Shown piece by piece: positions 26,761-37,453 of a DNA stretch of 64,000 nt (within the stretch, counting starts at the first letter, position 1; the number at the start of each line of letters is the position of its first letter). The stretch is from contig JAZBOS010000115.1 in assembly GCA_036351255.1 (NCBI GenBank), positions 3,374 to 67,373 of the forward strand. Direction: 5' to 3'. The DNA is from Bacteroides sp. GTDB taxonomy: Bacteria; Bacteroidota; Bacteroidia; Bacteroidales; UBA7960. Position numbers and translations under genes: made by a program. The notes beneath the pieces were generated by a model, which did no database searches, was not told where the DNA came from, and was given only the letters and a program-made list of their open reading frames with translations.

Positions 26761-27744
26761 ATGAACCGGAACCTGATAATCATTATGCTGTTGGCCGCCG
26801 TGATGGCAGGCGGTTGTGTATCGGCGCGCAAGTACCAGGATATGGAGGCGCGTTATCTTGAAAGCTCGCTTGAAATTGACCAGTTGCTGGCCGACAATAA
26901 GGATGCACGCGAACGCATTGCAGGACTCAACGATGAGATCAGCGAGCTGAACCGCCACCACATGCTACTGGTGGAAGATACCACACGTCTGGGGACCAAC
27001 ATCCGCAACCTGACCCAGAATTACGAGGCCTTGAACCGCACCTACGCCCTGGTGCAGGAGCAGAACGAGAAACTGCTGGCAGGCCGAGCCACCGAGACGC
27101 AGCAGATCCTTGGCAAGCTTCAGGAGACCCAGGAAGACCTTCAGCGTCGCGAAGATGAGTTGCGGGAAAAAGAGCAAAACCTTAATGCGCTGATGCAGGA
27201 ATTTGCCGCCAAGGAAGCTCGCGTCAACGAACTGGAAAGCATCCTCAGCCGCCAGGAGGCGGTGGTGCAGGAATTGCGGCGAACGGTATCGAGCGCATTG
27301 CTTGGGTTCGAAAACAATGGCCTGACAGTGGAGACCAGGAACGGCAAGGTTTATGTTTCGCTGGAAGAAAGCCTCCTGTTCGCTTCAGGCAGTACGACCG
27401 TTGACAGTAAGGGCGAGTCGGCCCTGAAAGAGTTGGCGCAGGTGCTGGAACTAAACCCCGACATCAGCATCATGATCGAAGGCCATACCGATGATGTGCC
27501 TTTGCGTCCCGGGGCCTCCATCCGCGATAACTGGGACCTGAGCGTATTGCGTGCCACAGCCATTGTGCGGATCCTGCTCAAGCACGGCAGAATAGAACCC
27601 GAGCGTTTCATCGTGGCAGGGCGTGGCGAACATCTGCCCATTGACCCGGCAAAAAACGCTGAAGCCCGGCGCAAAAACCGCCGTACTGAGATTATCCTGA
27701 CCCCAAAACTCGATGCCCTGTTCCAGATCATCGAAATGAACTAA
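26761..27744 (+). CDS. OmpA/MotB-domain lipoprotein with a long coiled-coil
   Basis: Lipobox LLAAVMAGGC, about 170 aa of heptad-rich region, and a C-terminal OmpA-like domain (IEGHTDDVPL...NWDLSVLRA...NRRTEI). Confidence 0.85.
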   Translation: MNRNLIIIMLLAAVMAGGCVSARKYQDMEARYLESSLEIDQLLADNKDARERIAGLNDEISELNRHHMLLVEDTTRLGTNIRNLTQNYEALNRTYALVQEQNEKLLAGRATETQQILGKLQETQEDLQRREDELREKEQNLNALMQEFAAKEARVNELESILSRQEAVVQELRRTVSSALLGFENNGLTVETRNGKVYVSLEESLLFASGSTTVDSKGESALKELAQVLELNPDISIMIEGHTDDVPLRPGASIRDNWDLSVLRATAIVRILLKHGRIEPERFIVAGRGEHLPIDPAKNAEARRKNRRTEIILTPKLDALFQIIEMN

Positions 27745-27763
27745 ACCCATACGGAAATTTATT

Positions 27764-27794
27764 AGCCGGGCCTGATCGAGCCCGGCTTTTTTTT
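27764..27794 (+). terminator. Rho-independent terminator
   Basis: The stem agccgggc/gcccggct is followed by a T8 run. Confidence 0.7.
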
Positions 27795-27888
27795 CCTGCA
27801 ATATCTCCTGCAAAAAAAATATAAATCAAAAGCAGGTATCGAACTAATCAAAATTTATATCTTTACCTCAAACATAAAACCAGAACTC

Positions 27889-29346
27889 ATGAAGCAGTTG
27901 AATCTGACCCTCGACAACCTGGATGAGATGTTCCCCGAGGACTTCACCCAGGAACAAAAAGCCAAGGCCAAGACCCTCTTTTACAAGGAACTGGCATTGA
28001 AGGCGCACAAGTTTTACAGCGGCAAGATGCAAACCTTGCCCAAAGCTCCGGTTTTGGGCTTTAACTGGTTTAACGCCTGGTATACGCCGGGGGTGTCGAA
28101 GATCTCGACGACCATCCGCGAGGACAACGATATCTCGTACGAACTATCGAACCGGGGCAACCTGGTAGCAGTTGTAAGTGATTCAACCCGGGTGCTGGGC
28201 GATGGCGACTGCACGCCTCCGGGTGGACTGGGTGTGATGGAAGGCAAAGCCTTCCTGATGAAATACCTGGGCGGGGTGGATGGCGTGGCCCTCTGTGTGG
28301 ACAGCAAGGGCAAGGACGGAAAGAACGACCCCGAGAAGATCATCGAGTTTGTGAAAATGGTTCAGCATAGCTTTGGGGCGATCAACCTGGAAGACATTTC
28401 TCAGCCCAATTGTTACCGGGTGCTGGATGTACTTCGCGAGGAGTGCGACATCCCCGTTTGGCACGATGACGCGCAAGGTACAGCCTGCGTGACCCTGGCA
28501 GGCCTGATCAATGCGCTGAAGCTGGTTGACAAGAAAATTGAAGATGTAAAGATCGTGTATCACGGCGCGGGTGCCAGTAATGCCACCATCGCCCGCATCA
28601 TTCATGCTGCAGGAGCTGACCCCGCACGTGCCATTATGTTTGACTCTCACGGCAGTCTTCACCTGAACCGCAAGGACATCCAGGCCGACAAGCGCTTTTA
28701 CCGCAAATGGGAACTGTGCCAGGTGACCAATCCCGATTTTGTTGAAGATATCATGGATGCCATGCAGGATGCCGATGTGTTGATCAGCCTTTCAAAGCCG
28801 GGGCCCGATGTGGTCAAACCCGAATGGATCAAGGCCATGGCACCCAAGCCCATTGTGTTTGCCTGTGCAAACCCGGTTCCCGAGATCTATCCATATGCTG
28901 CCAAGGAAGCCGGGGCCTATATCGTGGCTACGGGGCGTGGTGACTTTCCCAACCAGGTGAATAACTCACTGGGGTTCCCGGGCATCCTGAAGGGCGCCTT
29001 GATGGTAAGAGCCCGCAAGATCACCGACAACATGGCCATTGCCGCCGCACATGCCATTGCCCGTTACTCCGAACAAAGGGGTATTGATCCGGACAACATC
29101 ACAGCTAAGATGGACGAACCCGATGTATTCCCGGTGGAAGCCGCCGACGTGGCCATGCAGGCCATCAAGGATGGGGTAGCCCGCAAAACCATGACCTGGC
29201 AGGAAGCTTTCGACCAGGCAAAGGCCGACATTATTCATGCCCGTAAGACCACCGAATTCCTCGTTGAACATGGTTTGATTGCCCAGCCCCCAAGAGAACT
29301 GGTAGACCAAGCCCTGCAAAATGCCATTGAAAGCGTAAAACAATAG
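27889..29346 (+). CDS. NAD(P)-dependent malic enzyme (no PTA domain)
   Basis: The sequence ...VAVVSDSTRVLGDGD...GVMEGKAFLMK...INLEDISQPNC...HDDAQGTA...GAGASN is characteristic of malic enzymes. Confidence 0.9.
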   Translation: MKQLNLTLDNLDEMFPEDFTQEQKAKAKTLFYKELALKAHKFYSGKMQTLPKAPVLGFNWFNAWYTPGVSKISTTIREDNDISYELSNRGNLVAVVSDSTRVLGDGDCTPPGGLGVMEGKAFLMKYLGGVDGVALCVDSKGKDGKNDPEKIIEFVKMVQHSFGAINLEDISQPNCYRVLDVLREECDIPVWHDDAQGTACVTLAGLINALKLVDKKIEDVKIVYHGAGASNATIARIIHAAGADPARAIMFDSHGSLHLNRKDIQADKRFYRKWELCQVTNPDFVEDIMDAMQDADVLISLSKPGPDVVKPEWIKAMAPKPIVFACANPVPEIYPYAAKEAGAYIVATGRGDFPNQVNNSLGFPGILKGALMVRARKITDNMAIAAAHAIARYSEQRGIDPDNITAKMDEPDVFPVEAADVAMQAIKDGVARKTMTWQEAFDQAKADIIHARKTTEFLVEHGLIAQPPRELVDQALQNAIESVKQ

Positions 29347-29378
29347 CATCTCACGGCTTTTTCATTTTATTTTCTATA

Positions 29379-29386
29379 TATCTTTG
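29379..29386 (+). promoter_or_regulatory. Candidate -7 promoter box (TATCTTTG) for ruvA
   Basis: TAnnTTTG match 58 nt upstream of the ATG at 29444. Confidence 0.35.
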
Positions 29387-29415
29387 CCGTGACCCGGAGG
29401 AAATTCGGGTCACGG
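29387..29415 (+). other. 10-bp perfect hairpin between the malic enzyme gene and ruvA
   Basis: The stem ccgtgacccg/cgggtcacgg has a 9-nt loop and only a weak T-rich tail. Confidence 0.5.
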
Positions 29416-29443
29416 TATTGTTTACCGACCGAAAACCAAACGC

Positions 29444-30034
29444 ATGATCGCATTTATTGAAGGAACGCTGGAAGAAAAGAACCCGGCCTTTGTGGTAGTA
29501 AATTGTCATGGGGTTGGCTATATGCTGCACATCTCGCTGCACACTTACTCCCAGCTACCTGAAAAGGGTTCGGTGAAACTGTTCGCCCACCAGGTAATCC
29601 GTGAAGATGCCCACCAGCTTTTCGGTTTTTCGGGGGTGGATGAGCGCGAGCTTTTCAGGCTGCTTATCTCGGTGAGTGGCATCGGCCCCAACACGGCCCG
29701 CATGGTGCTCTCGTCGATGAACCCCACGGAAGTGAAAACCGCCATTGTAAGCAATAATGTTTCCATGCTGCAATCTATCAAGGGCATTGGCGCCAAATCG
29801 GCCCAGCGTATCGTGGTCGATCTGCGTGACCGGCTCGAAAAAGAAGGGGTTTTTAAAGACGAAAATTTGGTTTTTACAAACAATACTATGCACGAAGAAG
29901 CGTTATCTGCATTAGTAATGCTTGGCTTTGCTAAAAATGCAGCGCAAAAAGCCCTTGCTGCCATTCTGAAAAAGAAGCAGGGATCCCCGGTTACTACCGA
30001 GGAGCTCGTGAAGGAGGCATTAAAAAGTTTCTGA
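29444..30034 (+). CDS. ruvA: Holliday junction DNA helicase RuvA
   Basis: Begins MIAFIEGTL, with ...VGY...LISVSGIGPNTARMVLS...IKGIGAKSAQRIV. These are the HhH motifs. Confidence 0.95.
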   Translation: MIAFIEGTLEEKNPAFVVVNCHGVGYMLHISLHTYSQLPEKGSVKLFAHQVIREDAHQLFGFSGVDERELFRLLISVSGIGPNTARMVLSSMNPTEVKTAIVSNNVSMLQSIKGIGAKSAQRIVVDLRDRLEKEGVFKDENLVFTNNTMHEEALSALVMLGFAKNAAQKALAAILKKKQGSPVTTEELVKEALKSF

Positions 30035-30057
30035 TTCAGCAATAATCGTATACTACA

Positions 30058-33000
30058 TTGGTGTTTATTAGGCGAGTTGTTATTGTATTTTTAGGGGCCT
30101 GGTTATTTGGGGCCCTTGCCTTGTTTGCGCTGGACGCCTTCTCAGTTGGAGTCTCAGCAGGACAGTTGCAACAACCCCCCGTTGTTACGCAGGATACCCT
30201 GCAGCCCGTTGAACCGGTTACCCTTCCATATCCCTATGAAGATGAGGATCAATACACTATTTACGAATCTCCCCAGGGAGGGTTTTATTTAGCCGATCCG
30301 CCCAACGTCACCACCGATATCAACTATGACCCGGAATCGGGGATGTATGTCAAGACCCGCAAGGTGGGCGACCGTATGATTGGCCGCCCTGTATACATCA
30401 GTTTTGAAGATTACCTTGCATACGATTTCGACCACGCACTTCAGCAGTACTGGAGAGATAAGGCTACCCCCCAGGGTTTTGAGCGCCGCGAAGGGGTGAT
30501 TCCTGAGATTTATGTTGGCGGAGAATTGTTCGACCGCATTTTTGGGGGCAGCACCATTGACATCCGACCCACCGGTTCAGCTGAACTGATCTTTGGCGTC
30601 ATGTCGAACCGCCGCGACGACCCTTCGCTGGACGAGAAAAGACGACGTACCACTAATTTTGATTTCCAGCAAAAGATCCAGCTGAGCGTTCAGGCCAAGA
30701 TCGGGGAAAAAATTGACATCCAGAGCAACTACAACACCGAGGCCACCTTCGACTTTGAGAACCGCATGAAGGTGGAATACCGGGGAACAGAAGATGAAAT
30801 TCTGCAATTGGTGGAAGCGGGCGACGTGACGCTGCCACTGCCCGGGACGCTGATTACGGGAACACAGGGGTTGTTTGGTTTCAAGACCCAGATGCGTTTT
30901 GGCAACACCACCGTTACCAGTGTCTTCTCGCAACAAAAGACAGAGTCATCAACGATCGAAGTCTCGGGCGGCGCGCAGACGACCCAGTTTGAGATCAAGG
31001 CCGATGAATATGAGGAAAACCGCCACTATTTCATCGGGCAATTCTTCCGGAACAAATATGATGAGGCCATGTCAATGCTGCCCATCATCAATTCGAATAT
31101 CAACATCACCCGGCTGGAGGTGTGGATCACCAATATTGGGGCTGCCACCGAAAACAACCGTAACATCGTTGCCATGGCCGACCTTGGGGAGTCGACCCCA
31201 AACAACCCCGCAGTGGGGAGTAGCTTCAACCCCGCGCCTTCCAACAACTCCAACAACATTTATTCGACACTTTTCGATTCCCCTGTCCGAGACCTGTCGC
31301 AGGCCAACAGCTATCTGCAGCAGCGTCCTGAAGGCTTTGTTTCGGGCACAGACTTTGAAAACGTTGAAAACGCCCGGCTACTGCGCACCAACGAATATAC
31401 TTACAACCCCAAACTGGGTTTTATTTCACTGAATCAAGCCGTCAATCCCGACCAGGTGCTTGCAGTGGCTTTCCAGTATACCCTGATCGGTGACACCACG
31501 ACTTACCAGGTGGGTGAATTCTCAAACGAGGTCAATGCCCCCAACTCGCTCATCGTAAAGTTGCTGAAGAGTACTGCGGTTGACACGCGTCTGCCCATCT
31601 GGGACCTGATGATGAAAAACGTTTACAGTCTGGGGGCCTTCCAGATCAACGCCCAGGACTTTCGGCTGAACATCCTGTATGACAGTGAGGAACTGGGCGT
31701 AAACGTAGGCTTTATCGATGAGGGACCGATATCGGGCCAGCCGCTGATCCGGGTGATGGGTCTTGATCGCCTGAACACACAACTCGACCCCATTCCCGAT
31801 GGGGTGTTTGACTTTGTGGACCAGGCGGCCACGCAGGGGGGTACCATACAGTCGAGTAACGGTCGCATTTATTTCCCGGTGGCGGAGCCCTTCGGGTCGC
31901 ACCTGCGCGAAATGCTGCAGGACCCGGAACTGGGTGACAAATACGCCTTCGATTCCCTGTATACCACCACCAAATACCGTGCACAGCAGTTTCCTGAGCG
32001 CAACCGTTTTATGCTGGAGGGCACCTACAAGTCCTCGTCGGGCTCTGAGATCCCCTTGAATGCAATCAACGTTCCCCCGGGCTCAGTGATCGTAACGGCT
32101 GGTGGACAACCGCTGACCGAGAATGTGGACTTTACCGTGGATTATACCCTTGGCCGCGTAAGGATCATCAACGAAGGGATCCTCAACTCGGGCACACCCA
32201 TACGCATTTCGCTGGAAAGCGCCAGCCTGTTTAACATACAGACGAAGACCCTGATGGGAACCCATATCAATCACCGCATCAGCGATAACTTCAATGTGGG
32301 TGCCACCATCATGCGCCTGTCAGAGCGACCGCTGACACAAAAGGTGAACTATGGGGATGAACCGATTGCCAATACCATCTGGGGACTGAACACGACTTAT
32401 TCCACCGAGTCGCTGCTGCTCACCAAAGTGCTTGACAAGCTCCCGTTCTTCAGCAGCAATACCGCGTCGCGCCTAACTTTCGTGGGTGAATTTGCCAACC
32501 TGATCCCCGGGCATTCGCGCCGAATAGGCAGCGCCGGAACGGCTTATATCGACGATTTTGAAGGCAGTAAGTCGTCAATCGATTTAAAAAATGTGCAGAC
32601 CTGGTTCATTGCCAGCACACCCCAGAATCAGCTCATGTCGGGGATGTTTCCAGAAGGTGCACCGGGAACGGATTTAGCCTTCCGTTACAATGTAGCCCGA
32701 CTGGCATGGTATATCATCGACCCCTTGTTTACCCGGGTAAGCAACCTGACGCCCACCCATTTACGCAATGACGTCAATCAGCGGTCGAACCACTTTGTCA
32801 GGGAAGTGCTCGAAACCGAGATATGGCCCAACAAGGAAAGTCCCACGGGCATCCCCTCGCCCATTGCCATTATGAACATGGCGTTTTATCCCAGTGAAAG
32901 AGGACAATATAACTATGATGCACTTTCCTCGCCATACAGCAGGGGGATAGCCCAGGACGGCAGCCTGATTGACCCGGAAACACGCTGGGGGGGAGTGCAA

Positions 33001-36000
33001 AGAGGCTTACAGACAACAGATTTTGAAGCATCGAACATCGAGTACATTGAGTTCTGGATGATGGATCCCTTTGTTTACAATCCGGAGCATACGGGAGGGG
33101 ATCTGTATTTTAACCTTGGGGATGTCTCAGAAGACGTGCTGCGCGATGGCCGCAAGGCATTTGAGAACGGCTTGCCCGTTACCGAAGAAATGATCAATGT
33201 TGACACCACTTTTTGGGGCATCGTACCCACAGTGCAGGCGGTGGTCAATGCTTTCGACAACGACCTCGCTTCCCGGCAATATCAGGATGTGGGCCTTGAC
33301 GGCTTAAGTGTGGAACGCGAACGGGAATTTTTCGCTGAACAGTTTTTGGATGTGATCGCCAATCTTTTTGGCACCTCTTCGCTGGCTTACCAGCAGTCGC
33401 TGGAGGATCCGTCTTCCGACCTGTATCATTACTATCGCGGCACCAACTACGATGCGGAGGAGGTGAGCATCCTGGACCGTTACAAGCGTTACAACGGCAA
33501 CGAGCGCAATAGTCCGACAGCGGAGCAGTCGCCTGAGGCTTATCCCACCTCAGCCACCAATCTTCCCAACACCGAAGATATCAACCGCGACGGAACGCTG
33601 AACGAAGCGGAACGTTATTTCCAGTACAAGGTGAGTCTGCGTCCTGAAGACATGGTTTCGGGGCAGAACTATATCACCGATGTGATGGAAACCAGCGTTA
33701 GGCTGGCGAACAATGAAGTGGAGAATATCCGCTGGTACCAGTTTAAGATCCCCCTTCGCGACCCCAACCGTCAGGCTGTGGGCAACATCCAGGATTTCAA
33801 GTCGATTCGTTTCCTGCGCATGTTTTTCAAGGGCTTTGAAGAACCTATTATTTGCCGTTTTGCCACCCTGGAACTGGTACGCGGAACCTGGCGCACCTAT
33901 GACCGTTCGCTGACCAGCCCCGGTGAATATGTGCCCATTGATAATGACGACACTTCTTTCGAGGTGTTTACGGTCAACCTGGAAGAGAATGGTCAGCGTT
34001 CGCCGGTGCCCTATGTGTTGCCTCCCGGCATTGAACGCGAGATCGACCTGGGCACCACGACCCTGCAGCAGCGCAATGAGCAGTCACTGTCGCTGCGCGT
34101 CTTCGGCCTGAAGGACGGAGATGCCCGTGCCGTTTACAAGACATCCGATCTGGATGTTCGCCAATACAACCGCCTGAAGATGTTCGCTCACGCGGAAGCT
34201 GCCGGCCAAACCGAAGACCTGAGCGATGACGAACTAACGGTGTTTGTCAGGCTGGGATCGGACTTTACGAGCAACTATTATGAATACGAGGTCCCCCTCA
34301 GGGTTACGGCCTGGAATACCAGCGCCCTCAATGAGCGAGGCATCTGGCCCGAAGAGAATGAGATAGACCTGGAATTCAACAAACTGCAGGAGTTGAAACT
34401 GCTGCGCAACTCGCTTTCGCGCGATGCTTCCACTGGGGTAACCATGACGGTGCCTTTCACCCAGCCCGATGGTAACAACAAAATGACCATTGTTGGTACC
34501 CCTACGCTGAGCAGCATAAAGGTGATCATGGTGGGTGTACGCAATCCCCGCAAGACTTTCACAACACCCCTTGACGATGGCCGTCCCAAATCGGCAGAGG
34601 TGTGGGTCAACGAGTTACGCCTCTATGAATTTGATGACCAGGGAGGCTGGGCTGCCAACGGCCGCCTCAATGCCACGCTGGCTGATTTGGGTAATGTAAC
34701 CCTGGCCGGTTTTTTAAGTACGCCGGGATTTGGTGGCATTGAACAAAAGGTAAACGAACGTTCGAAAGAGCAGCTTACCTCCTACGACCTGGCCACCAAC
34801 CTGGAACTGGGGCGTTTCTTCCCGCAGGATTTCGGGCTGCGCATCCCCATGCACTTCAGCTTCTCGGAAGCCATCAGCAACCCGCAATATAACCCGCTGA
34901 ACCCTGATATCCTTTTCAAGGATGATCTGGATACCTATGAGACCGAAGCTGAGCGCGACTCCATCCGCCACCTGGCGCAGGACTATACAAGACGCAAGAG
35001 CCTTAACTTCACCAATGTGGCCAAGAACCGAACCGGCGGAGGCCCCTCGAGGATCTATGGCATAGAGAATTTTGACATGAGTTACGCTTTTACCGAGATT
35101 TATTCGCGGAGCGTGGACTTTGAATACGACTTGCAAAGGCAGTGGCGCGGCGCTTTGGGTTATAACTTTACAGCCAACCCCGATCCCGTGACCCCCTTTT
35201 CGAAGATAAACCTCTTCAGCCATAAGGCTTTTAGCCTGATCCGCGACTTCAACTTTTACTACATGCCCCGCATGCTGTCGTTCCGCACGAATATTGATAG
35301 GGGTTATGCTGAGTCGCTGATGCGCCCCAAGAGCACAGGCATCGTGCTTCTTGAGCCAAACTATGTGAAAACTTTTGCATGGAACAGGTTGTATGACTTA
35401 CGGTGGGATCTCACCCGCGGCCTGAAACTGGAGTTCACTGCCACCAACAATGCCCGTATCGATGAGCCGGAAGGCCGTATCCAAAGGGGTCAGGATGATT
35501 ACCAGTGGAAACGCGACTCCATTTGGGAGAACATACGCAGTTTCGGGCGCACCACCTTCTACAATCATCGCATGAAGGTTACCTATAATATCCCGATCAA
35601 CAAACTTCCCTTGCTCGACTGGGTCAATGCCAATGCCGAATATGCCGGTAATTACGACTGGGCTGCTGCAGCCCTTGCAGCCCGGGAACTGGGCAACACG
35701 GTCGAAAACTCACAGACCAAGCGCCTCAACCTGAACGCTAACTTTGTCAACCTTTACAATAAAGTGGGCTTCCTTCGCGAAATCAATCAGAAGAGCCAGG
35801 CCAGTGCCGGGCCACGGCGACCCGGAGGCCGGCCCCGTCCACCACAAGAGGAAGAGCAACAACAGGATACCCTTCCACCGGAACGTCCTGATTACGGGAA
35901 AATCCTTTTTGAAGGCACCATGCGATTCCTGATGGGGTTCCGCAACCTGTCCATCAATTTCACCGAAAGCAATGGTACGCGCCTTCCAGGCTTTGTTCCT

Positions 36001-37278
36001 ACCCCTGGACTGCTGGGACAGAACTGGACACTGATGTCTCCGGGTACAGGCTTTATTTTCGGAAGCCAGGAAGACATCCGCGAACAGGCGGCACGGGAAG
36101 GGTGGCTCACCACCAACCCCATGCTCAACAATGCGTTTGCAAAAAATCATACGCAGAACATCTCGGCCAGAAGCCAGTTTGAGCCCCTGCCTAACCTGCG
36201 GGTAGAATTTACCGCTATCCGAAACTATGCCCTGTCGCGCTCCGAATATTTCAAAGCCGACTCATTGGGTAACTTTGGGTCATTCAGTCCCATGGAAACG
36301 GGTAGCTTCAGCATTTCGTTCTTCTCTTTCAAGACTACGTTTGAATCGTTCGACAACCGTTTCAACACCTCCGAGAACTTCGAGAATTTTAAGGAATACC
36401 GTCAGCAAATCGCCTTCCGTTTGGCAGACCGGAACCCTAACTGGGACCAGACCACCGATTCCATCACCGGGTTCCCAACGGGTTATGGACCCACCTCGCA
36501 GGATGTCATGATCCCTGCCTTTATGGCGGCATACGCAGGCTGGGATCCCTCAGGCTCATCGCTGTCGCCCTTCCTGAAAATTCCCATGCCAAGCTGGCGT
36601 CTGACCTACGATGGCCTTTCCAAGATCCCTGCCTTGCAGAAATACTTCCAGAACGTGACCATTGCACACGGCTACCGGAGCACCTTCAACATTGGAAACT
36701 TCACCTCCGATATCCGCTACCGCGAATCGGCCGACGGCTTCCAGCAGGCACGCGAAGCCACTTCGGGAAACTACATTTCGGAATACGAGATCTCGCAGGT
36801 ATCCATCAGCGAACAGTTCAACCCGCTGATAAACTTCGACATGACCTGGCAGAACAGCCTGCTGACGCGTTTCGAATATCGCAAGTCGAGAGACATCGGC
36901 CTGAGCTTTGCCAACAACCAGATCACAGATGTAAGCAGCAACGAGATCATCGTGGGAACGGGTTACCGCTTCCGCGACCTGGCCTTTAACATCTCACAGG
37001 GCGGAGGCCGTCAGCGCATCGAAAGCGACCTGGTGCTGCGCTTTGATCTCTCGATCCGCACCAACCGCACCGTGCTGCGCAAGCTGGTGGAAGATGTGGA
37101 CCTGATCTCTGCAGGCCAGCGTACCTTCTCGATCAATACTTCGGCTGATTACCAGGTAAGCCCCAGGGTGAATTTCCGCCTCTTCTACGACAGGGTCTTC
37201 ACCAATCCCTTTGTGTCGAACCAGTTTACCAACGTCAACACCAATGCCGGCTTTAGCTTGCGGTTTATGCTGATGTAA
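30058..37278 (+). CDS. sprA: T9SS translocon protein SprA (cell-surface protein SprA)
   Basis: 2406-aa giant beta-barrel protein. Size, composition and motifs (e.g. ...TTNFDFQQKIQLSVQAKIGEK...) match the SprA family. No in-frame ATG is available, so the start is TTG 30058 or GTG 30061. Confidence 0.9.
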   Translation: MVFIRRVVIVFLGAWLFGALALFALDAFSVGVSAGQLQQPPVVTQDTLQPVEPVTLPYPYEDEDQYTIYESPQGGFYLADPPNVTTDINYDPESGMYVKTRKVGDRMIGRPVYISFEDYLAYDFDHALQQYWRDKATPQGFERREGVIPEIYVGGELFDRIFGGSTIDIRPTGSAELIFGVMSNRRDDPSLDEKRRRTTNFDFQQKIQLSVQAKIGEKIDIQSNYNTEATFDFENRMKVEYRGTEDEILQLVEAGDVTLPLPGTLITGTQGLFGFKTQMRFGNTTVTSVFSQQKTESSTIEVSGGAQTTQFEIKADEYEENRHYFIGQFFRNKYDEAMSMLPIINSNINITRLEVWITNIGAATENNRNIVAMADLGESTPNNPAVGSSFNPAPSNNSNNIYSTLFDSPVRDLSQANSYLQQRPEGFVSGTDFENVENARLLRTNEYTYNPKLGFISLNQAVNPDQVLAVAFQYTLIGDTTTYQVGEFSNEVNAPNSLIVKLLKSTAVDTRLPIWDLMMKNVYSLGAFQINAQDFRLNILYDSEELGVNVGFIDEGPISGQPLIRVMGLDRLNTQLDPIPDGVFDFVDQAATQGGTIQSSNGRIYFPVAEPFGSHLREMLQDPELGDKYAFDSLYTTTKYRAQQFPERNRFMLEGTYKSSSGSEIPLNAINVPPGSVIVTAGGQPLTENVDFTVDYTLGRVRIINEGILNSGTPIRISLESASLFNIQTKTLMGTHINHRISDNFNVGATIMRLSERPLTQKVNYGDEPIANTIWGLNTTYSTESLLLTKVLDKLPFFSSNTASRLTFVGEFANLIPGHSRRIGSAGTAYIDDFEGSKSSIDLKNVQTWFIASTPQNQLMSGMFPEGAPGTDLAFRYNVARLAWYIIDPLFTRVSNLTPTHLRNDVNQRSNHFVREVLETEIWPNKESPTGIPSPIAIMNMAFYPSERGQYNYDALSSPYSRGIAQDGSLIDPETRWGGVQRGLQTTDFEASNIEYIEFWMMDPFVYNPEHTGGDLYFNLGDVSEDVLRDGRKAFENGLPVTEEMINVDTTFWGIVPTVQAVVNAFDNDLASRQYQDVGLDGLSVEREREFFAEQFLDVIANLFGTSSLAYQQSLEDPSSDLYHYYRGTNYDAEEVSILDRYKRYNGNERNSPTAEQSPEAYPTSATNLPNTEDINRDGTLNEAERYFQYKVSLRPEDMVSGQNYITDVMETSVRLANNEVENIRWYQFKIPLRDPNRQAVGNIQDFKSIRFLRMFFKGFEEPIICRFATLELVRGTWRTYDRSLTSPGEYVPIDNDDTSFEVFTVNLEENGQRSPVPYVLPPGIEREIDLGTTTLQQRNEQSLSLRVFGLKDGDARAVYKTSDLDVRQYNRLKMFAHAEAAGQTEDLSDDELTVFVRLGSDFTSNYYEYEVPLRVTAWNTSALNERGIWPEENEIDLEFNKLQELKLLRNSLSRDASTGVTMTVPFTQPDGNNKMTIVGTPTLSSIKVIMVGVRNPRKTFTTPLDDGRPKSAEVWVNELRLYEFDDQGGWAANGRLNATLADLGNVTLAGFLSTPGFGGIEQKVNERSKEQLTSYDLATNLELGRFFPQDFGLRIPMHFSFSEAISNPQYNPLNPDILFKDDLDTYETEAERDSIRHLAQDYTRRKSLNFTNVAKNRTGGGPSRIYGIENFDMSYAFTEIYSRSVDFEYDLQRQWRGALGYNFTANPDPVTPFSKINLFSHKAFSLIRDFNFYYMPRMLSFRTNIDRGYAESLMRPKSTGIVLLEPNYVKTFAWNRLYDLRWDLTRGLKLEFTATNNARIDEPEGRIQRGQDDYQWKRDSIWENIRSFGRTTFYNHRMKVTYNIPINKLPLLDWVNANAEYAGNYDWAAAALAARELGNTVENSQTKRLNLNANFVNLYNKVGFLREINQKSQASAGPRRPGGRPRPPQEEEQQQDTLPPERPDYGKILFEGTMRFLMGFRNLSINFTESNGTRLPGFVPTPGLLGQNWTLMSPGTGFIFGSQEDIREQAAREGWLTTNPMLNNAFAKNHTQNISARSQFEPLPNLRVEFTAIRNYALSRSEYFKADSLGNFGSFSPMETGSFSISFFSFKTTFESFDNRFNTSENFENFKEYRQQIAFRLADRNPNWDQTTDSITGFPTGYGPTSQDVMIPAFMAAYAGWDPSGSSLSPFLKIPMPSWRLTYDGLSKIPALQKYFQNVTIAHGYRSTFNIGNFTSDIRYRESADGFQQAREATSGNYISEYEISQVSISEQFNPLINFDMTWQNSLLTRFEYRKSRDIGLSFANNQITDVSSNEIIVGTGYRFRDLAFNISQGGGRQRIESDLVLRFDLSIRTNRTVLRKLVEDVDLISAGQRTFSINTSADYQVSPRVNFRLFYDRVFTNPFVSNQFTNVNTNAGFSLRFMLM

Positions 37279-37300
37279 AGCAGGCAAGCCATAAAAAAAC

Positions 37301-37336
37301 AAAAGGCTGTCTCACAACGCGGAGACAGCCTTTTTC
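37301..37336 (+). terminator. Rho-independent terminator after sprA
   Basis: The stem ggctgtctc/gagacagcc is followed by ttttt. Confidence 0.7.
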
Positions 37337-37453
37337 ATTTTACCCCCGAGAAATTAAAGAAGGCTCACCTCACCCCCTTTGTTCTCAATCAATCTTGAAT
37401 ATTGCTCCCAGTCCAGGTCGTAAAGATCCCCTTTCAAGGCTATACCCGGACCT

